A stretch of 56,576 bases of DNA, the filler included, from Trichosphaerium sp. ATCC 40318 (taxonomy: Eukaryota; Protista; Tubulinea), in assembly GCA_038496445.1 (NCBI GenBank). It is 3 parts of 3 records of this genome, joined end to end, with 100 filler letters (N's around TTAATTAATTAA, not from the genome) between each part and the next. Parts side by side here need not be neighbours in the genome. Positions count along the whole stretch, not along the records: positions 1 to 24,088 come from JALMLS010000206.1; positions 24,189 to 39,502 come from JALMLS010000266.1; 1 more part is not named here. One strand, written 5' to 3'. A model generated the notes under the pieces. The model did not search any database, was not told the DNA's origin, and saw only the letters and a list, made by a program, of their open reading frames with translations. Positions 13,601-27,579 of this stretch are shown here, in pieces (the stretch's first letter is position 1; every line of letters starts with the position of its first letter). Both the position numbers and the translations under genes were made by a program.

Positions 13601-15040
13601 GAAGATGTAGCACGTTTGTGTGGCTCCAAACAGAATCTGAAGGTGAGCATATTTGGAGATAGTAAAAATACACAAGGATGTGGCCTGGCTGAAGGACAAG
13701 CAATAATGAATAGTACGTGATAGCTTTTGGTTATGCTTTTTCTAATTGTTGTCAGGCTGTCTGTACCAATTGATGAATGTACCACATAGATACAAGATTA
13801 TTTACTTGGAATACAATGGCTGTAGAAAGAAATTAACCATAACTAGAAAAGAATTCAGTAATATATATGCTGATGGTACAGCATCAACAACTGTTATTGA
13901 ACTTACAAATTTACTAGCATGTGAATTATTTGGACTCGGAATAGTTCAAATAGACTTCAAAAGTGATTCCAAGTTGTTTCTGATAAAGTATAGCCAATAT
14001 ATACACAAAGCAACTTACACTGTTGTCAAAACCTTTAACTTGTATACAAAGAATATTCATGTAATCTACCGTGACGTAAAAAAAAGCATACCTATTGATT
14101 CATCTAATGCACCACGCAGTGCAGGTAACTTCAATAGTTTAGTTCCTTTCTGACCTTACATGTAGTTTCTAAGATATTTGGTTTGGATAGCAATGCAAGG
14201 TTGAAGAAAGACAGCATTCACGGTATAGATGTTAGGATGTTCGAACAATTTGTGGATGGCGAAACATACTGGCTTGATGCTGGAATCAAGCGCATTACTG
14301 TAGTGTTCAGAGCCGTAACTAAAAGTGTAGATGTTATGCGTACAGACAGAGTGATTAACAAAGGCAAGTGATAGTACTTGTGCGTTCGATTTCAGTGCTT
14401 ACAATATACAGTCTCAGAAGCATTTGCATTGACAACACAAATATTTACTCTTAGAGACGAAAGTGGTACATCAATTGTGTACTACGATCAGGTGGTGGAT
14501 GGAAACAGTTACTTTATTGATGGAATCAAACTTATTACTGTAAGATACAGAGACATAACCAAAACTGTAGAAATTCTGCAAAGAAGTAAATGGCTTGATA
14601 AAGGTAAGTAGTAGCTTTTGTAGTCTGTTTAATTTACCCATACAATACAGTCTCGAAAGAGTTTAGGTTGACATCAAGCAATTTCACTCTACTGGACAAT
14701 AACGGTGATGCCATCGTCTATTATGACGAAGTGGAAGATGGCAAAACGTACTTGCTTAACGATGGTATCAAACGCATTACTGTAAAATACAGAGGCATGA
14801 CTAAGGCTGTAGAAATTGTACGAACAGGTAAAATACTTGACAAAGGTATGTAATAGCAGTTGCAGTTGTACTCTGTTTACCGGTGCTTACTTTAAAATGC
14901 AGTTTCTGAAGAGTTTGGGTTGACAATAAATACTTTCACTCTTAGAGACGGGAAAGGCTGCCCCCTTTCATACAATGATTACGATAGTATTATTGAGTAC
15001 CAAACATACTGGCTTGATGATGGCACAAGCGCATTACAAT
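10641..15040 (+). CDS. Multi-exon STAND/Crinkler-like NTPase + degenerate REase-like region + C-terminal tandem ubiquitin-like repeats (start uncertain, 3' end truncated)
   Basis: Splicing 10900-10957 gives a Walker A YYGCGKST. Downstream are FLIAGHN (sensor-like), YAGHPKY (GxP-like), GQLLEYVV and PRTKSESMDFYL...NIGFK. Repeated exons follow at 14166-15040. Confidence 0.55.
14166..15040 (+). repeat. Four diverged ~245-bp exon+intron units encoding beta-grasp (Ubl-like) repeats
   Basis: The recurring peptide SxxFGLxxxxFTLxDxxG...YDxVxDGxTYxLxxGIKxITVxYRxxTKxVEI...DK ends each time at AAAG|GT or AAAG|GC. Confidence 0.8.
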
Positions 15041-15042
15041 TA

Positions 15043-16101
15043 AATACCTTGGAGTACGCCTACTAATGACATGTTTTCAGTGCTGTACACCCTTATTGTC
15101 TTATCTTTACTAGCGGTTGCGAAGAACCCTTGAGGGTGTGTCGCAACAGCCAAGATTACATCGCTGTGACCACGTATGAACTTGCATTTTCTTTCCACTT
15201 TTGCTTGTTCACCTTCAGTTTTGAGAGAGCATATACGAAGCTACAACAGCGTGAGAAGGCGTCAGAAATATAATTTAGTACCGATGCTGAGTTCGAGGCG
15301 AGCAGTAAACTCGATTGATATGGTGGAGGCATTGCTTTAATGTCCAATATCTGTTCGTTGTTTGCAGCAAAAGACCAAAGAAGCTCATTTGACTCCATAG
15401 ACTGTGCGTAAAAGTTTTGTTCTTCAGATACACTCAAAACGGTATCGTTTGATGCGTACACGTGAAACAGAGGTTCGTGTACGAGCTCATCATCAAAAGG
15501 CACTTCGGTTCGTTTACCAATATTCCACCGTCGCAATTTGCCTTGTTCGCCAACTGTACAGAATAAGCTATTACCCAATGCGTCTCTGACCCAACAACAA
15601 CTTTCAATGACTTCGTAAGTAGGTATCATGAACATGCGTGTCATCTTTTTAAGATCCCATGCAATAATAGTCTTATCTCTACCAACTGAAAGTATACGAT
15701 CTTGGCGCGTTGTGAGAAAGCAAATATCAGTGACTTGATCAATGTGACCCTTCAACTCCCCTATTTTCTTTCCTTGGCGAAGGTCGAAGAGTTCAATGAT
15801 TTGACCACTGCAACAAAATAGATTGTATTGCAAAGATTTTTCACCAAACCTACGAGTGTAAAATTACTTGACTTGTGCTTTTTGTTTTTTGTAGCGTTTA
15901 TGTTGAAAGCAAAAGAAAAAAAAAAAAAAAAAAAAAAACAATGTTTAGTACGTACTTCATTAATCGTACTATATCGGACACACTAAAGGCGTGCGTTTGA
16001 TAGTATTTTTTACCGTCAAATATCTTGAGTTGACTATTAACAAAAGCAGTCGCAATGAGAGGACCAGCTGCAGGACCACCCAGACACACAGCAGACATCA
16101 T
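15043..16101 (-). pseudogene. UTP13: WD40 protein, UTP13/TBL3-like, C-terminally truncated
   Basis: YYQTHAF, GHIDQVTDI, SVGRDKTIIAWDL, IPTYEVIES, NNEQILDI..LLLASNS and GHSDVILAV..ATASKDKTIRV occur in TBL3 order. The sequence stops just after a GT donor at ~15047. Confidence 0.7.
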
Positions 16102-17184
16102 AGAATTTCCAGTTTTGAAGTTGTGAAGTTCGTGCCATTCGTCGTCTGTAATATTGTCGTATATAGTGAGCTAGGAGTTTTTGTGAGCGTGGGAGAAAAA
16201 TATGACATGTTTTTGTTTTTTCTTTTACAGTTTGAAAAAAAAAAAAAACAGTTGTAAAAAACGTACTGTACTTGGTTGCGTTGCAACAGCGGCCAATCCA
16301 TTCTCGTGCATGCCCACCGCTGTAACTGCGGCACTCTAAACGAATCTTAGATTTCAATATTGCTTATTTCTTGTTTCTTCTGAAATTCTTCGTGAATTTG
16401 ATAATTTGTTTGAGGGTATCAAAATTTCTCGGTTTTGCGTTGTTACAGGCAAAGAAACGGTCAGAGTTTTTTTCACAGCCTAACATACCATTTTATTGCT
16501 TGACACCTTATCACCTGTGCTTGAAAACACATTTAAGGTGTGTTCTGCACCCAAAGCTAAGAAATGGCCAGTTTCTGAAGCAAAAGGCGCTATTATGCCT
16601 CCAACGAATAAAGGAAGGTCTGTTGATGTTATTCCAAGCGTAGATTTCATCTTGAATAATTATTCGCTACATACTCATTATTAATCTAATAAAACCGGTT
16701 CACTACATACCAACACAACTGGCGCTTTCACTGCGTTGATGCTCGTTAAAAAATAATTTTATTGAAAGAAAAAAATGTCAAAGCTTTTTTGAAGTTTGGC
16801 TACCGTTAAACAACATGCAACTGAAACGTGTAAACTTGCGCTCAAGTACATTTCAACTCAAAAAACAAATTAAAGCTGTCAGAAACAACGCATTGCGCAA
16901 CTGCGTTGGTGAAAATATGTAAGAGTTTGGTAATGGTGGTTAGATTACTATTCCTTTTTTTGGCAAATAAAGCGTATGTCGCGTAAAGTACAGGCAGCAA
17001 TATTTCCGAAAGTAGCCAACGTAATTGCAAAGTTTATGTCCAATTATCACTGAAATACAAAAAAAAAAGTAGCTAGATTAAGACGAAATGCGACAGTAAT
17101 GGTTTTTATAATAATAACCACGCGTCAGAACACGCAATAGTTTGTTTTACTAACGCCGTGTGGGGTACAAGTATTATACACAGT

Positions 17185-18111
<927 letters not shown>

Positions 18112-18857
18112 GTTGTGTTGTTTGAGTTGTGTATTTTCTAAACTTTAATGAAACCAAAAAATTTTCTTGGTTTTCACTAAATTCAAAAAAAATCAACAAA
18201 ATTTTGTTTTTAACGACTTTGCCAACGAAATACACTCACTGAACCAGCGTTGCCAGGAAATACTGTTTTGTGTTGCACGCTCAGAGCATCAACAAAAGGT
18301 GCTGCCACCTGCACCAAACGGGTTAAGCAAAGTTACCAAGAAAAAACCGCAGCGTCAATGCAACCTAAAAATACAAGGACGGAAAACGATAAAGCACAAA
18401 ATTGGCTTTGTACACGTGTAAAGACTCTCACCCCTGCGCAGTGAGAGTAGATCAAGTCCCGAACCTCAGTTGCATACTTTAAAACAAACACTCATTCTGT
18501 GAAGTCTATTCGAAGCTTGGTCTGCCGTTCGCATTTACCATTTCTTTAACGCCGTTGCCAAGATGACACTGTTTTATTTTTGTTTCAGCTAACGTGGCCT
18601 GTTGAGCGAACACTACACGTTCAGAGATAATTCTTTATCTCCTAATCATTGAGCATAGGCTAAATCGCTGTGGATGGCGGCGCTGCCTTTGATGGCAGCT
18701 TAAAGCCTACTTTATTGGCCTAAAACAATTACTTTGGGGCCAAGGCACACGTTTTCACTTATAGTTAGTACGTACTTGAGCTTCATAATTTTCTTTGTTG
18801 TATTTTTTGCCAACCCTGTGTTTTACCACCATCTCCTACGCCAAAGTGTAAGTGTCA

Positions 18858-19121
18858 TCAAGTTTTTGGCTCCATAACCGGCTGTAGGCGTGGAGTTGCA
18901 AAATAAACGTGTACTTTGTGGTGCTGGAGGCTTGTTCGGTGGTAGAAGTACAATTCTGCTGTCTTGTATTCCTTTTGTGCCTCTGTTTCGCCCAGACCCA
19001 TATTCAGTTTCCATTTTTTTGTTATATACTGTTTAAATGTCCCCTGATTACCTTCTACGCTAAATTGACGATCGGCTAAGCGTAGCATTTGCCTGTACAA
19101 ACCCAATCGTGCGTATGCCAT
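18858..19121 (-). CDS. Small LYR-motif mitochondrial protein (3' end uncertain)
   Basis: N-terminal LGLYRQMLRLA (LYR motif), then F..YI...W. Small size. Confidence 0.6.
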   Translation of the reverse strand: MAYARLGLYRQMLRLADRQFSVEGNQGTFKQYITKKWKLNMGLGETEAQKEYKTAELYFYHRTSLQHHKVHVYFATPRLQPVMEPKT

Positions 19122-19383
19122 GTTAGTGCTTGAAAATCCCGTGTGGCACTGCTCACGCTTGTACTACTGAGACTTGTATTGAAACCACTCAAACAGAAAA
19201 AAAAAAAAAAAAAAAATAAGCCTTCAATCGCAGCAACACTTCCCCACACAAGTACACGCGGATTCGTACTATTTGTGCCTGTGCTTTGGAGTTATACTCC
19301 GTTGTGAGGTTCTAACTCTGAGAGAGCTAAGGAGGTCTTGTTGCAACAAATTCAACAAACGTCAATTTGACGCTAAACGAGCT

Positions 19384-22300
19384 ATGCACTGTGAGATAAC
19401 TACGCCACTAGAAGTGGTTATCAAATTACAAAAAGGTGATGAGCGTACACTAGGATTAGCTGATCTACCAGCTGATACACAGGCCACTGAATGTGCAGAA
19501 AAGCAGTTGCGTGTCCGTTTTAACGGTAGCTTGCTAGAAATTACTTGTGTAAGTCGATTTATTGGGCGTTTTTGCTCGTGTAAACGCTAATTTACGCCTT
19601 ACAAGTGCGGTGACAAACCCTCAGGACTATTGCGCGCTGCAGAAGCTTTACAATACTACAAGTGTAACGTAGGAGAAAAACAGCTTGTGAAACACGGTGA
19701 TATCATTTGGTGCGCGTCCACGCGTGATGTAAAACCAGTTGGCATGCTACTACTAGTGTTTTTACTAATCACAACTTAGTATGGTTGGTGAATCGTATTA
19801 CTGTCTAGTGAGATGCGTACACCCGCCTGAAGTTGATAATATGACAAAACCAGAAGAAAAATTTACCAATGCCATCTCACGGCCCAACAAGCGCAAACGC
19901 GATGATATGGGCTTTAATTATAATGTGCGAGTATGCGAACTTGCTTGTGTTTGTAACATTTTACATCTCCAGGATGATCCAGAACTGTTGACTCCCAAGC
20001 GAGCCAAGCGGATCTTGGAGGAAGATAATGATGATTCACGTGATGACGTTCGGGGCTATGGAGGCTACGACGATTACAAATTTTCCCTCCATTCTTCGAC
20101 ACAAGAAAAAACAGATTCAGCGCTTACTGACAGCCCACCTGACTACCTTCGCGACTTGCAAGTTGATATTGAGGAAGAAAAAGAACCACTAAGCCCTGAA
20201 CAACAAAAAATATTTGATGCTGTTGTATTGCGTAAAAAATCCGTGTTTATAACTGGCAGTGGCGGAACAGGGAAATCATTTTTACTTCACCGCATTATTG
20301 ATGCATTAAGGGATGAGTATGAAAAGAAATTTGATGAATTTGTGGCAATCACTGCTTCGACAGGTTAGTTGCAATATTGTATGTTTGGATTTCTTGTTAT
20401 TTAATGATTACAAGGTATTGCTGCATTGCCGTTGGGAGGCGCCACTATCCACTCATTCTCAGGATTGGGGGTTGTAAAAAGGAAAGAAGGTGCTGTAACT
20501 ATGATTGTTATTTCTCTGATTGTTAACTAGATTTTGAGCGCATGTGGGGAAATAAATCCGTGTATGAAACTGTTTTCGTTTGGTTTTTTTAATGTTAATA
20601 GGTGGCGTCATTTGCGCGTTTTGATCATTGACGAGATATCAATGATATCTGGTGAGATGTAAGTACCTATGCTTAGGTAGTTTGGTGGGACTTACAAACC
20701 TCCAAAGGTTTGATGGTATTATGGACATGGCGAATCAAATACGTGACAGCGTTCAAATATACGAACCAATTCAAGTCATTGCGACAGGGGTTAGCTAACT
20801 TGTTACACGACTGAATTCACATTAGTGCTTTTTAGGACTTCTTTCAACTACCTCCCATCCATGATAGACCGTCATGGTCTCAAAAAAAAGAGCTTGAAGC
20901 ATTTGAGTCTGAACCTCTTTGGGAAACTAAAAAGTATTGCTTTGAGGTACTTTCATTTAAATGATAGTTAAAGTATCAACTATGCGGTAGGCCGATTGCT
21001 GGGATAGCATGTTTGGTAATACAATGTTTGAGCTTACAAAGGCACAATCCTGCTAGAACTATAGCAGATACTAACCTGTATTTTTGAAGGCGTTCCGACA
21101 GAGTAACTTGGATTTCATCACAACTCTGAACTCATTGAGGGTTGGAAAGGTTGAACAGCAATCGTTGAAGCTTCTCTCTCAATGTAACCGACCGTTGTCT
21201 ATGGTTGATGGTATCACTCCAACGTGTTTATATTCTACCAACAAGGTAACCAAAATCATGTAGTTGCAGTACTCCAAACAAACACTAATTCTTACAGCGG
21301 GTGAACCATGAGAATAATTCAAAGTTGAACATGCTTCCCGACAAACTTGTGCGTCCCTTCAATTTACTAGACGGTTGAGTTACCCTCATTAGCAAATATT
21401 TTCGGCTATGGATTTTGTTGAAGCCAAAGCAGAACGATCTATGGAGCTATTGGATTATCCTGTTCAATCGGATGGCTATGGGCAAGCACCCACCTCAGAT
21501 TCAAGCTATGACAAAGTATGTAAAACAAAGTTAGTGTTAGTTACTAACTGCACCGTCAGGCGTTGAAGGAAGTAGCAAGGCTTTTCAATCACATAAACAG
21601 AAAGAACAACAATGAATATGAATGTGTATCTTATCTTAACAAAGATAAATTCTTTACTCAGTACGTTAGTGTGCCTTGTTTTAAATAACACAAATACAAG
21701 GTGTTTGGCTGGTCAGGAGATTTGTTTGAAAAAGGATGCCCAAGTCATGCTTGTAAAGAATTTACGCCAAAAGGTATCTACGAATCACCAATTTTCTTAA
21801 TATTAATCTCATTTACCTGTAGGGTACAGATATGCTTGTCAATGGATCCCGTGGTGTAATAGTTCGTTGGTACAAAGAGATTGATGCTAAAATCATTGAG
21901 GCACTTTCGAATCTTCAGGGCTTGCGTGACAAGTTGGTAAGCTTATTTTTTTTGCTTTGATGATCTCTATTTTTACCAAAGTATTGTTAAGAGGGATGAA
22001 CGTGGTACCAATCGTACTAGTAAACGCCGTATGGAATTTATTCGAACCCTTATAAAAGCGGCGGTTCTGCAATTAAAAGGCTTGGTCTACTTTAAAGAGC
22101 GAGGATGGCTTTTGCCAGTTGTTAAGTTTATTAGCACAGATGGAGTTCCTTTTGAAGAGATTATATTGCCTGGTAATGCTGCTCGCTTCTACATATTTCG
22201 GCTATGTTCTAATATTTACCAGAGGTCCTGAGCAGCTCTACAGCAAATGTTGGCCAATGTTTTCGTATACAGCTCCCATTAAAACTTGCATGGGCAATTA

Positions 22301-22767
22301 CAATCCATAAGTGTCAAGGCATGTCTCTTGATAAAGTAGAAATAGATTTTGGCAAGATATTTGCTGAAGGTCAGGCATATGTGGCTCTTAGTCGTGCAAG
22401 GAGCTTGGATGGTCTCCACACAAAAGGATTCAGCGCAAGGTACCCATTAGCCGAGAGAAACCTATTTTTTAATTGCCTTTCTTGTTTATTAACAATGCGT
22501 AGTAAGATAAAAGTTCACGAGATTGTTTGGTTGTGGCATAAGAAGATGTTTCCTGATAATCCAAATTATAAAACAAGACCGAGATTTTTAACAACTACAT
22601 CAACTGGCGACGGAAGGTGTAAGACTTGTGCACGTACTGGGCATCGCTCAAGTGAGTGTCCCTCAACTAAATGTTACAGATGTGGTCGGTATGTAAATAT
22701 CAACAAAAGATTACTTATAATGTTGTGTAGGTATGGGCATTGGAGTTCAGCTTGTACTTCTTTTTAA
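19384..22767 (+). CDS. PIF1: PIF1-family 5'-3' DNA helicase with N-terminal FHA-like region and two C-terminal CCHC zinc knuckles, intron-rich
   Basis: [17 protein letters not shown]|[61 protein letters not shown], then [14 protein letters not shown] and CYRCGR|YGHWSSAC. Confidence 0.93.
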
Positions 22768-23195
22768 TGTAAAAAAATACGAAAATAATAATAAAAATGT
22801 ACATTATAACAATGTGTTAGTTAACAAATTAAGGATGCGTACCCACCTATAACGCCGTACAATCAATACTTAGAATCCAAGTCTCGGCATTACGCTTACT
22901 TTAATAAAAAAATACTACAAACGTACATCAGATACAAACACTGCGTAGCTTTGGTACAACTGCGTTTGCACCCTAAGCCACACGTGTCGGAAAAATAATT
23001 TAAGAGGTGGCGTTTTATGATGTAAACATATAGAACTTACTGGCAGTATAATTTAAGTTCTTTAAAAGTTAAAATTACACCGTACCCTTTTGGCTCTTCG
23101 TATATTAAACGATGAATCCTGTAACGCTTTCTTAACGAATCACTGCAGTGTGCACTAGTGTAACATAACTCCGCACAATCTTTTAGATCAACTCC

Positions 23196-24088
23196 TTGTG
23201 GTGTGCAATGTTTAAAAACAAGAAAATAGACCCTGGAGAATCGAAAATATGGAATAATGCTAACACTGAAGAGCTTGCATCGTTCTGGGAAGGATGGATT
23301 ACTAAAAGGTGGTACGTTAGCAAATATAAAGGCAAAGACGGGCTGTATCTGTACACGAAAACAGAAAAAAAGGGGTACGATCTATTATAGTGGTAATTAT
23401 GTTCTTATCACGTGATAAAACAGATACCAACCTCTCTGCCCGGTTCTACACGCGGAAGCATGGGATACTATGGACGGGGAAGTAAAAATCAGAGCCGTTT
23501 TGTTCAGAGCTTCGCACACTATTCTCGGGTTCAACTATGTTCATATGAGAGTAAAAAAGTGCCTCCCAGAATTGCTACAAGCCGGTAAAAAAACTGACCG
23601 ATTGGTTTTCGTTAGTACGTGTAGAAACTACCCAAATACAACTAACCATACAAAAGATACGATAGAAAAGTTCATTAAAGGTTATCGTAAAGCTCACCAC
23701 GGTAAGTATCGAATATCTCTAAGTATTCCTAATACACGATAGAGCACCTCGCAAGTATTAACGTTCACGGATCAAGCGCTATGATCGCCGTACGTCAATC
23801 TTTTAAAATAGTTAGAATATTTGGTCTAAGTTATTGACAGCATCGGTTGGAGCTGGAGGGAGATCGCAAGGTACTTGGGAGCTGTTTCTTTTTCGACTGA
23901 TCGTAATAAATAGTTACTTCTTCCCTGGCATTCATACGTTCAGTGGGACGAAATTACACAACATTTAGAACATGGCATGACCGAGTTGATAGAAGACAAG
24001 ACGCGCAATTATGAGCAACGAATAGAGTATTTCGTCGTAAGCGTTCACTTACCTTTCAAATAAATTATTCTCGCAACTAACCATGGTT
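23196..24088 (+). CDS. Unknown multi-exon protein, cut by the contig end
   Basis: Consecutive open frames are separated by short GT-AG introns (e.g. ~23374-23423, ~23702-23742). No recognised motif. Confidence 0.35.
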
Positions 24089-24188
24089 NNNNNNNNNNNN
24101 NNNNNNNNNNNNNNNNNNNNNNNNNNNNNNNNTTAATTAATTAANNNNNNNNNNNNNNNNNNNNNNNNNNNNNNNNNNNNNNNNNNNN
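24089..24188. other. Artificial contig linker N44-TTAATTAATTAA-N44
   Basis: Exactly 100 nt with a six-frame stop linker. Identical in structure to 39503-39602. Confidence 0.98.
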
Positions 24189-24201
24189 TAGTGTAAAGGT
24201 T

Positions 24202-25182
24202 ATATCTGCTATGATAACACATTGTATTTATTGTTTGTTTAGATGTTCAAGCTGTTGCACGTTATGTCATTAAGGTTGTAAAGAAACCAAAGAAACGGGT
24301 TCAGAAAAAACCCTAAAAAAGAAATCAAACAAGAAAACCAAGAAGAAACTAACCAAAAATACCAATACTTCCAACGCAAGTATCAACAAACATATAGGAG
24401 ACAAAAAACAGATTTCAAAATCAGAAGATGTCAGTGAGTTAGATGACTTGATTGATGATTTGTTCATAACTGAACGGTACAAGAGACAACATGTAACATA
24501 CTAATATTTTACTTACAGAAAATTATGGGAACTGCCGATCCAAATCAACCTGAACAACCAAGCATGCACAACGAGTTTGTAACGTCTGAAAACAAAGAGT
24601 TCAAAAAGCTAAAACAAGACCTTGAGGAGTCAAACAATAAATTGCAAGAGCTAAACACAATGCTCAGAAAAAATAATGCCAAATATGAGGAAGCCAACAC
24701 CAAGCAACTTGAGAGAATCAAAAAACTTGAAAAAGAAAACGCTAAACTGCAAGAAAATAATTCTAAAATAGAAGAGCTTAAACAAGCAAATTTGGCTCTA
24801 AAGGAAAGAATTGCCAAACTACTTGCTGAATGTAACTCTCAAGAGCAACATGAGAAATAATTGTTTGGTTCAAATAAATTCATATTTTGCTAGTGAGTTT
24901 GTACATTAAACATGGCATACCACAACTGCCTATGTTGATAGTGATTGGATTTAATGAAATATACAAAGCGCAAACATGTTAGTTCAATGGTTATACTATT
25001 CTTTGTCTCCAACACGAATTATCAATCTCAGAACCAGCGAAAATACTTTTCAAAGCTTTTGGAGCACTTTCTATTCTTGTAATTGATACCTTAATGTCAT
25101 AGAACAAACGAGTTAACTTTGCCAATAGCAAAAAAAACATTACCTGCATCAAATCCAGCCTCTTCTACCATCCACTTGACCT
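24202..25182 (+). repeat. Inverted duplicate of 31748-32730 (last two exons and 3' flank of the ANK-PARP gene)
   Basis: Reverse-complement match over ~980 bp. The two 1-nt differences I found are in homopolymers (ccctaaaaaa vs cccttaaaaaa; atggga vs atgggga) and frameshift this copy. Confidence 0.95.
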
Positions 25183-27579
25183 GACTCGACAATAATAAGT
25201 ACAAATAGAAAAGCAACAGATCCAAGTACAGATGCTTCAAGAAGATAAGGCAAGTTCATCAACAAGGTGCACTAACCGACCTCGTTACCGTTATTTAGTT
25301 ACCAGTGATATTAATGGTCCAAAGAACAAGCAAAGAGGAGCGTTACAGTATTGTAATGGCTGGTTTTGGAACAGTCAGTGGATGACGGCTACTTTACAGT
25401 ATTTTGACTACAATTTGCTGAATGTTATGTCCAGCGAAGTATACAATGTGCTGCTTCATATGATATTGGAGTAAAGGAAGAAAAACACCTACCTTGATTC
25501 TTGTCACTCCTGGCAACATATTTTTTCGCTCAGTTTTGAAACACGTGCGTTTATCTCGCGTTGGAAAATACAGAAAAAAATAGGAATTGTAACATTTGTG
25601 GCAAACACGGTCAAGTTCAGTTCTGATTTTTTCCACAACAGATCTACATGTCAATACGCGTGTTTTATATTTTTCAAACTGACACTCAATTTGTAAATGT
25701 TCCTCGTTTTTGGCTCAAAAAAACCACAAAGAAGTCCTCATATCTGGCTTGAAAAATTGATTTTTGACCTGATTCTTTGCACACTAATGCAACATGTATC
25801 AGTGCATAGAATCCGACAATAAAAATAATTTCTCCTCTTGCTTTTCATTGAATTTGAAAACATTTTTCACAACAAAAAAGCATAATGAACTAATTTTTTG
25901 ACTTACAAACATAATGTTAGCGCAGTCAGGAGCCTCACATTGTGCGTGTCCAAACAACACTGGGAAGAAAACAGGAAAATAGTTTCTTTACAATTAGTGT
26001 AAGGCGCGTAGCGCTGTTGGTTAGTCGATACTTTTGCTTTGGATTAAATGTTAACTATGTAGGCGAATGAAGCAAATAACCAAAGCGAAGCTGTACACGG
26101 AGGACATCTAAACTGGTCACAACTATTCAAACCTGAATGGCGGATTGCTATGTGAACATGTCATCACCAATGGATACTACATCATTAATTAAGGTTTAGA
26201 CTCCAAGTCTTATGTTGGTTTGCTCCATGGTTGCTACAAAGATCATAGACACAAGTCATGTCAAAAAAAAAAGTTGTTGCAAAAATACTGATTTCACATG
26301 TGTAGTGGTTGTTAGCGCTCAATACTAGTAGCGAAATATATTGTGTATCCATTGTGGTAGGGCAAAGAAAAGACTGGATGTCAGCTTGATCGACTACAAA
26401 CCTACCCTTCAACAAAAAAAATCGAACGAAGCAGTGACGGCTAGAGAAAAAGCGTTCTTTGTGATCAATAACAACCGCAGACTCAAATTATTTCGATACA
26501 ACGCCTTGTTGGTACTCTTGTAATCTGGAAATCTTCTACGCAAAATACACGTTCTTTGGAGATTAGATAGCATACTGAGGTGCGTAAAGAGTTCTTTGGT
26601 GCCATTTTCATACCAGCAGTGTTGTTGGTTCTCTAGCTCAAAAACACTGAATTTAAATAACCATCGCCTACTCTGACAATCTAAAGTGTTACAAACGAAA
26701 CCACTGGAAGGTAGAAAATAGCAACACAAGACAAAAAAAATCTATCTCGACATGGATCAAACAAAAAAAACCAAATAATTACTGGGTCTGGCATAAAACT
26801 GCTCAACGAATTTGTTGCGTTACCAGGTCTTGTTGTGATAATGACAACACAGACAATGTGTTGCCTGTCGGTTAAAAAATAGTCCGCGAAAAAAAAGCGT
26901 TCTACATTACTGCAAACTACAAAGAAAATAGGTGTTGCCATCCAAAAGGGTTTTTCTTTGTTTTCAAAACTGTATTTTGGGAAAAACCGTTCGCACTTGT
27001 TTCGCTCTATCACTGTACGCTTTCCTGATGATTTCTGTGCGACATCTTGTCAAATCACTTGAGAGCTTCACAACGCTAACAAAACCTCAAGACCCTTTTC
27101 ACTGTGATTGTCTTTTAACACTTGTAGTTAAGAAACGCAAGTTGCTATTTTTTCGTTTTGTGCTTCCAGTAGGGTTTTTAATGTTCAGTAACCATTTAAG
27201 ACTGGGCCTGTGATTTTGGTAAAAGGACCAATAGTGACTAAACTTTTTGATGCTGCCTACGATGTTGTTGATAGAAGCTTTACAGCTCTTCCTGTACGAC
27301 TGACAGACGATAGGAGCGTTAGTACCTCAGTTAATAAAATTGAAGTGTCAGGTTAATAAACAAATGAGCTTTAACAACTGTGCTCTTTGATCAATGCTAA
27401 GATTGGATCCAATAACATTGTGTTCTACACACAGAAATGAGATGCGGATTTGACAACAGTTTTTTATTTAGTTTTGGGTGTTTATTATAGCGTTGAGCTT
27501 TCAAGGCGTCTGTTGTTGATCTGGCTAGGATAATCGTTTATTCTGAGCGGCATCAGTTTTCAGCTATGTGAGGAAACTT

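Noticed and set aside
19384-22767. Helitron RepHel
   Set aside because: No HUH Rep domain or Helitron ends. The motifs and intron density fit cellular PIF1.
24133-24144. TTAATTAATTAA as a biological site
   Set aside because: It is centred in N runs twice with identical spacing, so it is an assembly linker. Adjacency across it is unproven.
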